From positions 124,001 to 188,000 of IMG/VR virus record IMGVR_UViG_3300047095_000752: a stretch of DNA of 64,000 nucleotides, one strand, 5' to 3'. Under the pieces are notes generated by a model, which saw only the letters and a list, made by a program, of their open reading frames with translations, did no database searches and was not told the DNA's origin. Below are positions 38,565 through 48,793 of the stretch, piece after piece. A program made the position numbers and the translations under genes. How positions within the stretch are numbered: position 1 is the first letter of the stretch; each line of letters opens with the position of its first letter.

Positions 38565-39395
38565 GGACAGATTTATGTAAACCACTCGGGGGAGGAACGA
38601 AGAGGGGGGTTAGGGGGGTGATGAAAGGAGGGGGCAAAACTAATTGAAATCGGAAGAATAGGAAATTGTAATTTATGGAACGAAGTGGAATAAATTAGAA
38701 TTTCTGTAGAAAGATCATGAAAATATAAAAACAGAAAGATCAAAAATAAAATTGTAATAAATAGAGAAATATATTGAATATGTGAAACTACTAAAATATA
38801 AAGAAATAGATCTAAGTAAAAATTAAAAGTGAAACTTTAAAATTTACTTGCTAAAAAGTTTAGATCGAAATTAATAAAAAAGATCAAGTAAATGGAATAA
38901 ATTAAAACTTCAATATTATTTTCAAGTGGGAACTCCTTTTTTGGATTTCCCATCTTTTAATTAATATTTCCGAATTTCAATATGAAATAATTTTACAATA
39001 TTGTTTTCAAGCGTAAGCTTTTAAATAATATTGTTTTTTATTTTTAATAAAATTTATTTATTGAGATTTTATTTTAAAGATCAGATATAAGATCAGGAAT
39101 ACTGTTTACGAATATTAATTTAAAATCCAGAGTCATACTCCCATTTCATTCCCGTATGACTCTGGACATATTGAGATATAATATACAATCTTCTTATAAT
39201 ATGTACTATATAATATTATATCTATAACTTTTTTGTAAAATATCTCAATTATCTCAATTTAGTATATAAAGTATTGATATTGAAAGAGTTACAAAACTTG
39301 AGATAAGGTTGAGTAGTTGAGATGTAGCGGAAAAATTCAGGGACTGTAATTTTTCCATAGCTTAAATTATAATAAAACTTGAATTTTGACCTATT
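38565..39395. other. Long non-coding region, candidate replication origin
   Basis: No ORF of 60 aa or more. G-tracts 38588-38634; A-rich strand-biased tract with 7 AGATC; 16-bp direct repeat 38911/38996; 13-bp hairpin 39126-39166; TTGAGAT repeats; IHF consensus 39267-39279. Confidence 0.6.
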
Positions 39396-40930
39396 TAAAT
39401 TACAAGTGGACTCAAATCCGCTTGAGATGATGTGTGGAGGTTAGGATCCAATTTAAACTTTGTGGTGTGTCCGAATTTTGAGAAAGAAACAGTCCACCCA
39501 TTCATTTCCAGTACATCAGTGTTTTCTTTTAATCTTCTGGCGAATACTCTTGGTTTTAATTTATTTGAATATGCTGTATTGGACTCCAATATTTTGATAA
39601 TTTCAGTCGGAGTACCTTCAATATAATTATATCCAATTTTATTAAAATCAAATTCTATAATCGATTGTATCAGTGGATCTAGATCCGTAAGGTTTTGCAG
39701 TTGAGAATTTACAATTGTTTTAATTATAGTAGAAATGTTAAATGTAGAATCAGTCGGTATTAAATGTTGAAGTAATTCACCAAATCTTGTAAATCTATAT
39801 TTCTCGGTAAATTTAATATTATTTGTATTCTTTAAAAATGATTGTGCTTCGTAAGCTAATTCCGATAATATATTACTTCTATTATCTAATATAAATTTTA
39901 TTAATAATTCTTCAGGTATTGAATAATCTATTCTATCTTCAAAGAATATTGGGAGGACTCTATCCTTGATATCCTCCCGCTTAGCGAAGTTCGCATTCCT
40001 CGTAGTTATAATCATAGATGATACAATTTGTTTTTTATGAGTTTTAGAATCTGAGAATAAAATTCGCTCACCAAGTTCACCACCAGTTGCAGCCAATGTC
40101 ATTGTGTCTGGAAACCAACTCGGCGGTTTTGAATCTAAGTTATCTATAGCGTAAACAAAATTCTCAGTTATACAAGCCATCAGACTTCTTTTATTATCTG
40201 GAAAAATTGAAACATTACTTCTCTCGCCCATGAATAATTTTATGATAGCTTTTGAAGTTAATGTCTTACCCGAACTTTTATTTCCGTAAAATAATAAAAT
40301 TGGTAGTGGTTTTATTTTTAATAGAGTACCTACAATCCAAGACTTCAACACATATTTTTGAATCTCTCCGGTGTAGATATAAGTACCATCTGGAATAAGG
40401 ACATTTATATTAAAAGCGTCGGTACATGAATATACAGAATTACAATTAGAAGGTTCCCAATCGGGAAGTGTATAGTCGCCATCAAAATATATATCGCTGT
40501 ATCCATTTTTAACTTTAATTAGATTATCATGTTCGTCGAAAGTCACTATATGTTTATCGCCACAACTTACATATAATTTATTATTAAAGATACAAGTGAA
40601 TTTATGTAAAGTTATAATTCGGTCACTTAGTAGTATCTTGTCTTTTATATAATTGAATAATTCTTTTGAAAATTTGTTTTGAAAAAAATCAACTCCGAAG
40701 GTTACATTAAACAGAGATTGAATTTCCTGATATGATGCGTCGAACTGGACGACTTCCCCGGATGGTAGGTGTATATATGGCACATACTTTTCTTTTTCGT
40801 TTATAACTTTAAATACATGATTACCTTCATATAGTATGTTAAATATAGTTTCTTTTATTTTTATTAGAGCCTTTGGATTTTTCTTTCTTTTATTTAGAAA
40901 CGAAAAAATCAACTTTTGAATTGAGTCCAT
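39395..40930 (-). CDS. P-loop replication ATPase / helicase-like protein with C-terminal wHTH
   Basis: Walker A GNKSSGKT; YAIDNLD; ATGG..xERILFSD; ITT; DIKDR. Confidence 0.7.
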   Translation of the reverse strand: MDSIQKLIFSFLNKRKKNPKALIKIKETIFNILYEGNHVFKVINEKEKYVPYIHLPSGEVVQFDASYQEIQSLFNVTFGVDFFQNKFSKELFNYIKDKILLSDRIITLHKFTCIFNNKLYVSCGDKHIVTFDEHDNLIKVKNGYSDIYFDGDYTLPDWEPSNCNSVYSCTDAFNINVLIPDGTYIYTGEIQKYVLKSWIVGTLLKIKPLPILLFYGNKSSGKTLTSKAIIKLFMGERSNVSIFPDNKRSLMACITENFVYAIDNLDSKPPSWFPDTMTLAATGGELGERILFSDSKTHKKQIVSSMIITTRNANFAKREDIKDRVLPIFFEDRIDYSIPEELLIKFILDNRSNILSELAYEAQSFLKNTNNIKFTEKYRFTRFGELLQHLIPTDSTFNISTIIKTIVNSQLQNLTDLDPLIQSIIEFDFNKIGYNYIEGTPTEIIKILESNTAYSNKLKPRVFARRLKENTDVLEMNGWTVSFSKFGHTTKFKLDPNLHTSSQADLSPLVI

Positions 40931-40953
40931 AAAAGGTTTCCTTGTTTGAAAAT

Positions 40954-40977
40954 GCCGCCCGGTAAGTTCCGGGCGGC
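40954..40977 (-). terminator. GC-rich hairpin (terminator or attenuator) upstream of the ATPase gene
   Basis: GCCGCCCGG-N6-CCGGGCGGC. Confidence 0.55.
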
Positions 40978-40991
40978 GATTAATTCGTTTA

Positions 40992-41087
40992 TCAGTCGTC
41001 TGTGTAGTCGTCTCCTATGGAACGAGCTACTGTTATAAGGAGGACCACAAAAATGAAAAACGCAAATAAAACATTAACCAATTCCAT
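40992..41087 (-). CDS. 31-aa single-pass membrane peptide (not in the ORF track)
   Basis: MELVNVLFAFFIFVVLLITVARSIGDDYTDD*; GGAG RBS. Confidence 0.55.
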   Translation of the reverse strand: MELVNVLFAFFIFVVLLITVARSIGDDYTDD

Positions 41088-41141
41088 TACTTCACTCCCG
41101 AGTTAAAGTTTAGATTCAATAATTAATATATATAATCGGGT

Positions 41142-41170
41142 TTGACTTTAGACCAAAAGGGTGGTATCAT
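41142..41170 (+). promoter_or_regulatory. Sigma70-like promoter
   Basis: TTGACT-N17-TATCAT with TGG. Confidence 0.55.
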
Positions 41171-41200
41171 TTAGATACAAACCACAACGGAGTTTCTTTT

Positions 41201-43147
41201 ATGAAAATCGAACAAGAGTTCAATTGGTATTCCAACACGGTATATGAATATTTCGATAATGTTCAAAATTCAAAACTATCATTTCATCTAGAATCTGGAT
41301 TATCTAAAAATGACACTGGAATGATGAATTATACAAATACAAGACTATCCGTTAAAATTAAAGATAATCAGATTAATCAAAAGGTTGAGTTTGAGCTTAG
41401 CTTTGATGACGTATACATATTAAATACAATTATAGGGTCCATATCCAAAACCCCCGGTAAACCACCAATTCCAATTAATTCATACACGAAAAATAAACAA
41501 AGACAATTAGTCGTGTATGAACCGTCTCCCGGCTTATTTAATTTAAGCATAACAGATAATAGTACAATCGCTAAGACATTGGTAGTCGCTTTTAAAAAGG
41601 TGACCCTTGCGGCTATGAATGATGTAATCTCCCAGTTAAAATCCAATTGGCTTATACTGTCATCAAATGCACAATCAATTGTAACTACCCATAGCGTCCT
41701 TAATCATCTAGAAGCTATTGATAAACATATAACAGAATCTAATGTAATTGCTTTACATAATACAAATAACGTAAAACAACCTACAGCCATCCGCCGTGTA
41801 GATCCGGTTACATCGGTGGTTGCCCCTCCTGTAGTACATATAGATAATGAATTTGAACCAGACCTTGAAATGGAGACTTCCGAATATGAAGACATAGACT
41901 CAACTCCCGTATTTGATATCGATACCAGTGGGGCGAGTGAAGCTGAAACTGATCCACCGGTCGGGTTTGTACTTGATGATAATGTCCTTAGTTCAGTGTC
42001 CCTGACCGCTGCTGGGGAGTCTGGTACAACAGACTACACTAAACGACCAAAGCAAGTCATAACCCCTCGTCCGTTTATCAATAATTTTATCGAATGGAAT
42101 TTGGATAATATTTATCAATGGGTTACCGGATTTGTATATTGTGATCAGAATTCAGATCAACTGACATTAACGCCACTGGACCTTATATTAACTAAATCTA
42201 TTGGAAAACATAAATATGAATTTTTAACTAACAATCCCCATCATTATGAATTTGAATATCACATTTTAGATGTCATTAAAAAGGCTATGAAGTCTTATGT
42301 GGAAACTGGTAAGACTAAGACAACCGTAAATTATTATGTAGATACTAATACAATTGATAAAAATAATGATATAGATTTATGGAATTTCACGGTAGATCTA
42401 ACAGTATTAATTAATGTCTTCAAAATATTCTTGATAAATGTAAATCAACTTAATCTTAAGTCTGAAGAAAGTCTTGAAAAGACATTCAATGTAAAGATGG
42501 CATATATATTCTTAGACACCATCGCATGTACATTTTTATCAAAAATAAACCATGAAGATACAGAACAATTTACGTCAGACTCAATTAATGTATTCCAGCA
42601 GATGTCAGATCGTGGTTCGTTTGATTCTATATTGAATACATACTCAGCATTATCAATGGGTGGAAAACTCCAACTGAACATAAGCATGTTCAAGGCTTGC
42701 GCGGACAAATTCTTAGAAATACAGTCTAATAAAGACAAAGTATGTATAGACACTTTAAATATTGGTATAAATGGTATAGAACATATACGTGAAAAATTAG
42801 AGACAGTTATACAAAAGCCGAAGAAAGTAAAATCACCTCAAGTTAAATTATTCTGTAAGTATTTGAAAAATAATGACTTAGACGACTCTAACTATAAAGA
42901 TTGCTACGAATTATTAGAATTCGACATGACGGAAGAAACCAACACTGATATTATAAAGGTATACGGTATTCTACGTATGAACCCAAATATAACTAAAATG
43001 ATCCAGTTAGAAAATCACATTGATTCTAAAGAACAAGTAGAAGAAACCCCCACAGTTCCTGAACCAACTCAAAAGTCTGAGCATGAAGTATTCGATATCT
43101 GGGATATTGACGACTCCGACGAATCCCTTTTCAACTTGGAAGATTAA
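41201..43147 (+). CDS. Hypothetical protein with acidic linker and acidic C-terminus
   Basis: 648-aa ORF. Confidence 0.7.
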   Translation: MKIEQEFNWYSNTVYEYFDNVQNSKLSFHLESGLSKNDTGMMNYTNTRLSVKIKDNQINQKVEFELSFDDVYILNTIIGSISKTPGKPPIPINSYTKNKQRQLVVYEPSPGLFNLSITDNSTIAKTLVVAFKKVTLAAMNDVISQLKSNWLILSSNAQSIVTTHSVLNHLEAIDKHITESNVIALHNTNNVKQPTAIRRVDPVTSVVAPPVVHIDNEFEPDLEMETSEYEDIDSTPVFDIDTSGASEAETDPPVGFVLDDNVLSSVSLTAAGESGTTDYTKRPKQVITPRPFINNFIEWNLDNIYQWVTGFVYCDQNSDQLTLTPLDLILTKSIGKHKYEFLTNNPHHYEFEYHILDVIKKAMKSYVETGKTKTTVNYYVDTNTIDKNNDIDLWNFTVDLTVLINVFKIFLINVNQLNLKSEESLEKTFNVKMAYIFLDTIACTFLSKINHEDTEQFTSDSINVFQQMSDRGSFDSILNTYSALSMGGKLQLNISMFKACADKFLEIQSNKDKVCIDTLNIGINGIEHIREKLETVIQKPKKVKSPQVKLFCKYLKNNDLDDSNYKDCYELLEFDMTEETNTDIIKVYGILRMNPNITKMIQLENHIDSKEQVEETPTVPEPTQKSEHEVFDIWDIDDSDESLFNLED

Positions 43148-43152
43148 CTTTT

Positions 43153-43719
43153 ATGACAAACCAGCACACAACAACTGAAAATCCAATCGTAGTAAAAAAT
43201 CAAGACAACAACTATTATAACCGAACTGTAACACTTGGATTTCAATGTGTTCCAAATAGTTCACACTATTATATTGACATTTTTTTAAATAAGAATAATA
43301 ATCTATTTAATTTCAATTATGACCTCTTACCGGGGTATCAAATCAATGTCATCCGAAATCTTGACAATAGTTTTTTTGTAAAAAAATATTTGACTACACA
43401 ATCCGTTCTCGACTCACACACTACGATCCGAGTTGGTCCTGATAAGGGAACAAAGATTAAACTAGATGGGCGTTGTATCTTGAACGGCAATGGCGATCCA
43501 AAGCTTGATACATGCTACAAATTTATGTCAGAAAAATTAACATTTGGTAAAGATAATAACCTATCATATATTGGATATGGTATTAAAGACTACAAAGACG
43601 ACTATTCATTCATATATGTAACCCGCACTAAATTTTATAAAAATACAAATACCCGTAAGTTCCGCACTGCAGGTATTGAAATTCGGAGAATCGATTCTTC
43701 GTTACAACTAGGCGACTAG
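43153..43719 (+). CDS. Hypothetical protein
   Basis: 188-aa ORF. Confidence 0.55.
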   Translation: MTNQHTTTENPIVVKNQDNNYYNRTVTLGFQCVPNSSHYYIDIFLNKNNNLFNFNYDLLPGYQINVIRNLDNSFFVKKYLTTQSVLDSHTTIRVGPDKGTKIKLDGRCILNGNGDPKLDTCYKFMSEKLTFGKDNNLSYIGYGIKDYKDDYSFIYVTRTKFYKNTNTRKFRTAGIEIRRIDSSLQLGD

Positions 43720-43804
43720 ATTATATATATTAAATAGTGTACCAATTAATAGTTGGATCTTTTTTTAAAGGTCCAATTATTTTTTATAAGAGGATATAAA
43801 ATAA

Positions 43805-45019
43805 ATGGCAAACATGCAACCACTGGTTCAAACGTCCCCACACCATGTAACTTACCTCAATTCTATTTTTAGTAGTTTTATTTCAGGGCTTGGTGATTAT
43901 GTTCGATCCGATCTATTTCCACGAGCGAAAGATACCATCATCTCAACACACACCAAAGCCGTTGAGATGGTCCGTACGAGAAAGAATTTAGCCAATGAGA
44001 ACTGGAGTCCTAAGTTCCCATTCTTGGTCGTACAACCCAATATGGATATAAAGCCTGAGCCGCTATTAGGGCGGTTATACCACTCATATCCAAACTACTA
44101 TTCAAGATTCGCTTCTAAATTATATGCGCCCCGCATGTACGAAGATGACGATGTGTACATAGCACCTGTACTTAATAGATATGTCGGTAGTATGGATTGT
44201 ATTGCATGGTGCTCATCTATTTACGAAGCTATTGATTTGAGACTCGGTGTGTTCCAGATGTTCGGCGGCGAGGGCGTTTATATCCAACCTCGAAATTTAG
44301 ACTGCCTTTTAATTATTCCGGAATTCTTAGAAAATTATACATATGAGAATAAATACACCGAAGAGACCAAAGTATTAGACTGGTCATCATCACAGTCATC
44401 TCAGGTATTAATTAGAAATATTAATAAGAATCAATTATGTGCCCCCATTACACTCAGACCAATTATCAAGTTACTGTCAATAGATGACAGTTACGACTCT
44501 TATGGTGGTAGTGGAGATACAATTACAGACCACCGAGTGTCTATTCAAATAGAGTGGGAATGTAATATTCCAACTCACCTTGTTATGATCGAAAAGAAAA
44601 TGCCCAGACCAAGCATACCGATTTCTTTTGAAACTAGTTATAAATATAAATTTGTAAGAGATCCATTGACCGATGAACTGTTGAAATTACCCGATGAAAT
44701 GTTTAATACATCGGTGGTGGATTTAGATAGTACCTCAGTTGAAAAGAAATTTCTTGAGTACAATAAACTTGAAAATTATATTATAACCGACGAGGACATC
44801 GTTAAATTCGCAAATAATGAAAACGTATACGTCACACCAAATACTGTAATAACAGACTCTAGATTCCTACGAGTACATGGTAAGTATGGATTCTTACGTG
44901 AACCGATTCACTATGATGTAAAGTCCGACGGGCGCATTGTACTTTTTGGTCAGAATATGAAATCCTTACTTGAAGATGATATATTAACTTTTGTGTTTTA
45001 TCTCGCCAATGAAATTTAA
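43805..45019 (+). CDS. Hypothetical protein, possibly tail completion / neck
   Basis: 404-aa ORF with RBS; function inferred from composition only. Confidence 0.5.
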   Translation: MANMQPLVQTSPHHVTYLNSIFSSFISGLGDYVRSDLFPRAKDTIISTHTKAVEMVRTRKNLANENWSPKFPFLVVQPNMDIKPEPLLGRLYHSYPNYYSRFASKLYAPRMYEDDDVYIAPVLNRYVGSMDCIAWCSSIYEAIDLRLGVFQMFGGEGVYIQPRNLDCLLIIPEFLENYTYENKYTEETKVLDWSSSQSSQVLIRNINKNQLCAPITLRPIIKLLSIDDSYDSYGGSGDTITDHRVSIQIEWECNIPTHLVMIEKKMPRPSIPISFETSYKYKFVRDPLTDELLKLPDEMFNTSVVDLDSTSVEKKFLEYNKLENYIITDEDIVKFANNENVYVTPNTVITDSRFLRVHGKYGFLREPIHYDVKSDGRIVLFGQNMKSLLEDDILTFVFYLANEI

Positions 45020-45027
45020 CTTACCAG

Positions 45028-45057
45028 TTGACAAACTACACAGCTATCATGTACAAT
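45028..45057 (+). promoter_or_regulatory. Sigma70-like promoter
   Basis: TTGACA-N18-TACAAT. Confidence 0.55.
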
Positions 45058-45097
45058 ACCTTTGCTAGCAACAAACCTTTAACCAAAAGGAAACTAA

Positions 45098-46087
45098 ATG
45101 CCTGACCTTATTCGGGATAAAATGTGGGTCGAGAAATATCGACCACGCGACCTGAAGGACTTAATCCTTCCGGATAATATGAAATCATTTTTTGAAAATT
45201 GTATAGCAAATAAATCGATACCAAATTTAATATTACATGGTCGCCCCGGAACGGGTAAGACTACATTAGCTCAAATATTAATTGATAATATAGTTGGTAC
45301 ATCCAGCGAAGACAGAGAATATAATTTACTACAATTGAATGGAAGTTTAAATACCGGTGTAGATACTGCCAGAAATCTTATAACCGGATTCATTAAGATT
45401 CCCGCCCTTAATGAATCACAATTGAAAATTATACATATTGACGAGGCAGACTACACATCCAGCGCGTTGCAAGCTGCCTTAAGAAATATAATTGAAGAGA
45501 GTGCATCTTCATGTCGATTTATTTTTACACTAAATTCTAAACATAAGATTATGGAAGCCTTATTTTCTCGTTGCCAATCGTTCGAATTTAAGAAAACCAT
45601 ATCTAAAGAATATATCCTAAAACATATAGCAAATATACTAAAAATTGAAACTGGTCTTGAAAATAAAGATAGTATTATCTCAGAACATATTAAAAGATCA
45701 TACCCAGATATTAGACGAATTATAAACGATGTCCAACAGACTGTTGTAGACAATGTAATATCAGAAGAAATAGTAATACAACATACATTTGAAGATGACA
45801 TTATAAATAATATTAAAGAATTTGGTAAATATGTAAAATTGAATGATAAAGTTGGATTGACATCCAAAATAAAAGAAATTGAAAAACTATTAAATGATAA
45901 TGATATAGATTATATTAATATATACGAAAAATTGTTCGAAGATGAGGGGATAAGCTTCGCATCAAAGATATTAGTAAGCGAACATTGTAATAAACATCAA
46001 GATACATTAGTACCTAATATGAACTTTATAGCAATGCTTTATAAAATAATCGAAACTATGTATAAAAAATTAAAACTGATATCATAA
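45098..46087 (+). CDS. Clamp loader AAA+ subunit (RFC small / T4 gp44-like)
   Basis: WVEKYRP, GRPGTGKTT, IDEAD, QAALR, SRC, PDIRR. Confidence 0.93.
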   Translation: MPDLIRDKMWVEKYRPRDLKDLILPDNMKSFFENCIANKSIPNLILHGRPGTGKTTLAQILIDNIVGTSSEDREYNLLQLNGSLNTGVDTARNLITGFIKIPALNESQLKIIHIDEADYTSSALQAALRNIIEESASSCRFIFTLNSKHKIMEALFSRCQSFEFKKTISKEYILKHIANILKIETGLENKDSIISEHIKRSYPDIRRIINDVQQTVVDNVISEEIVIQHTFEDDIINNIKEFGKYVKLNDKVGLTSKIKEIEKLLNDNDIDYINIYEKLFEDEGISFASKILVSEHCNKHQDTLVPNMNFIAMLYKIIETMYKKLKLIS

Positions 46088-47070
46088 TGAAAGATAAAGA
46101 AATATTACGGCAAGACCTGACTGCAAAGACGGGTCTTGCCTATTTTAACTCTATGGAGTTGATTACATTCTGCCCCCGATGTGAAAAAGATAGATTCCAC
46201 GGCGGACGTAGTCACGGTCACCTGTATATAAGTATAAACGACCCAATATTCAAATGTTTCCGGTGTGACTTTAAAGGCTTTATATATAAGTTATTTAAAG
46301 AACTTCAGTTAGATATAAACAAATATTATGATTTAGATACATTAAAGATCAACTGGTCTAAGACAGACTCAGACCGATTTGTCGATAAAGAGTATAATAC
46401 AGGAGTATTAGTACCGGTAATTAATAAAGATTTCTATACCGATAAGCTGAATTATATAAAGAGCCGAATTCCAAATTACGATGAAGAAATATTATCAAAC
46501 AACATTGTGTTTAATATAAAAGAATTCATAAGCTTAAATAAAATCAATATTGATAAAGAACAATCATTTATAGATTTCTTAGAGTCTAACTTCGTGGGAT
46601 TCCTATCAGCTAGAAAATCTCAGCTTATATGTCGTAATATAGATACAACCTCACAGTTCAGATACTTTAAAATCAAACTGTTAGATATATACTTTAAAGA
46701 TTTTTACGCTAAGCCGCTTGATTTATACAGTAATAAGGTTGTATTATGTGAAGGTGTATTTGATTTACATAACATTATAGCAAATGACAGAACTAAACCT
46801 ATAATCAAGAATTCGGCTATAATAGCGACAGCCTTAAACAATGATTATAAAAATACATTGATATCCGTACTAGATTATGTTAAAATTCCATTTGCAGATG
46901 TTATAATCTTTAGTGACGCCGACTTAAAAGAAGCGGACTATATGCCCATATACTTCAATAATGCTGCAAAGTCTGTTACCCTCTACTACAATTCTTTAAA
47001 TAAGGATTTTGGTACTCACTTAATAGACCCAGTTAAAATACCGATTACAAAATATATAAAAAGGAAATAA
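46087..47070 (+). CDS. DNA primase (T4 gp61-like; zinc finger + TOPRIM)
   Basis: CPRC..HLY..CFRC; LCEGVFD; FSDAD. Confidence 0.8.
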   Translation: MKDKEILRQDLTAKTGLAYFNSMELITFCPRCEKDRFHGGRSHGHLYISINDPIFKCFRCDFKGFIYKLFKELQLDINKYYDLDTLKINWSKTDSDRFVDKEYNTGVLVPVINKDFYTDKLNYIKSRIPNYDEEILSNNIVFNIKEFISLNKINIDKEQSFIDFLESNFVGFLSARKSQLICRNIDTTSQFRYFKIKLLDIYFKDFYAKPLDLYSNKVVLCEGVFDLHNIIANDRTKPIIKNSAIIATALNNDYKNTLISVLDYVKIPFADVIIFSDADLKEADYMPIYFNNAAKSVTLYYNSLNKDFGTHLIDPVKIPITKYIKRK

Positions 47071-47076
47071 TACATC

Positions 47077-47490
47077 ATGGCTAAACCAAAGAAGGTATTA
47101 AAATGTAAGAAATCCAAGATTAAGTCCATTGTGGATGAAATGACGGTATCAGATACATTAGATGTAGCCCGTGATGAATTCGATATGTATTCCAATGTGA
47201 TTAAGGGAAAGAAGACCAAATCCTTTAAGCACATTGGAAATTTTTATTTTTTTCATACAATAAAAAATGAAACTCCGAAATTAATGTTATTTTGTGTCTT
47301 GGAATTTCCTATGGATAAAAAAGACTCAATTGAACTTAATGAGAAGGTTATAAGCGTAATAGACTTCTTGGAAAAGATTTTTATTGAAGTCACTGTAGAG
47401 AATATAGTAAAATACAATAAGTATGAAACTGAACAACATCTGGTGTTCTTGAAAATTTTAGTTGACCCATCACATTTAAACGAGGATTAA
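47077..47490 (+). CDS. Hypothetical protein
   Basis: ORF with RBS. Confidence 0.55.
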   Translation: MAKPKKVLKCKKSKIKSIVDEMTVSDTLDVARDEFDMYSNVIKGKKTKSFKHIGNFYFFHTIKNETPKLMLFCVLEFPMDKKDSIELNEKVISVIDFLEKIFIEVTVENIVKYNKYETEQHLVFLKILVDPSHLNED

Positions 47491-47493
47491 GAA

Positions 47494-48030
47494 ATGAAAA
47501 AAGAAAAAGTATATTTGATTCAAATTTGGTACGCAAATCAGGTTCTAAATAAGATCTCAACAAGCGATATGAGTATTGCTGCTGGATTTAATGTCCTTAA
47601 GTTGAAGGAAACTATTTCCCGCGAGTTCGCACTGGTTGAACAACAGCGAGTAGCTCTACTGAAGAAGTACGGTGCCGGAGACGGTGTACCTCTTCCAGAA
47701 GAATTTATTAATGAGTTTACTTCTAAATTTAATGATTTCCTAGTCTCAAATCAAACTGAAATTTATGTCAATAAGATTAAGCTTAGTGCTATTATTAATG
47801 AAAATATTAGACTTACACCGGACGAACTGGCTACGGCTGGCTTTATTATTGATAATGATATCGATCAAGCCGAACCAGAAGAAGAACCCGAAACCCCAGT
47901 CGATGAAGTCACTCCCGAAGTCGTAGACGATGAAGGTAGGTCCCCGGCAATTAAGTCTAAAACTAAGATTAAAGCAAATCTAACGGTCGTAAACACGGAT
48001 GATGTCAAAGATCAAGTATTACTCGAATAA
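47494..48030 (+). CDS. Hypothetical phage protein with acidic tail
   Basis: R..LLKKYG motif. Confidence 0.55.
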   Translation: MKKEKVYLIQIWYANQVLNKISTSDMSIAAGFNVLKLKETISREFALVEQQRVALLKKYGAGDGVPLPEEFINEFTSKFNDFLVSNQTEIYVNKIKLSAIINENIRLTPDELATAGFIIDNDIDQAEPEEEPETPVDEVTPEVVDDEGRSPAIKSKTKIKANLTVVNTDDVKDQVLLE

Positions 48031-48070
48031 AGAAATGGGGGACAAATGATTGTAACATAAGGAATTTTTT

Positions 48071-48784
48071 ATGCCCTGCGATCACACATCCCAAATAGAT
48101 AGATTCTTAGTAAGAAGAAAAGTCTCCGGACCAATGGATAGCTCCTCGTTATTAAACGGGGAGTTTGCTTTTGGGAATACGGAAAAATGTTTATACGTTA
48201 AAGATGCCACTTCATCTACCGTATATCAATTTGGAAAAATAAGCGACTCTCTTACTGTAAATGCAAACTCAGTTTGGTCAAGCACTTATACAAAAGATTA
48301 CATCGATGCCGCCGTTTCAAAGCCAAAAACAATACTACTAACGGCGGGCGGGTTAAACCCTACCCAAACTAGCGGATGTACCGTCCCATACGTAGCAACT
48401 GATAATACAATTCCTAAAGTTTTTGTAGATTTCACATCTGGTACATATGGGTTTTGGAACATCTCTATCCCTACCGATTACACCGGTTCTCTGTCTAAAA
48501 TTTCGATTATATACAGCGGACCCGCATCGGCGTGTACTTGGGAAGTTCAAGCCCGAATATTGACAGACAACGACGCTATCAACTCAGGTGGATCGTGGAG
48601 TACAGCACAGTCTATAAGCGACACTCCGGCTAACGCAGATCGATTAGAGATTGCGGACTTGGCAGGGAATATCAATATGCTCGGGTCTGCAGCAAATGCA
48701 AATAAATTTGTATGTATTCGACTTAATTTGGCATCGGGTACTGGTACTTATAAATTACTACAATTGAAATTAGAATATTATTAA
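48071..48784 (+). CDS. Tail-fibre-associated structural protein
   Basis: LLNGEFAF...LYVKD N-terminal motif; VWSSTYT; GGACAAAT upstream. Confidence 0.55.
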   Translation: MPCDHTSQIDRFLVRRKVSGPMDSSSLLNGEFAFGNTEKCLYVKDATSSTVYQFGKISDSLTVNANSVWSSTYTKDYIDAAVSKPKTILLTAGGLNPTQTSGCTVPYVATDNTIPKVFVDFTSGTYGFWNISIPTDYTGSLSKISIIYSGPASACTWEVQARILTDNDAINSGGSWSTAQSISDTPANADRLEIADLAGNINMLGSAANANKFVCIRLNLASGTGTYKLLQLKLEYY

Positions 48785-48793
48785 AAGGTTTAT

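Noticed and set aside
38541-39395. CRISPR array or tRNA cluster in the long intergenic region
   Set aside because: No regularly spaced repeat-spacer units and no cloverleaf or T-loop motifs seen
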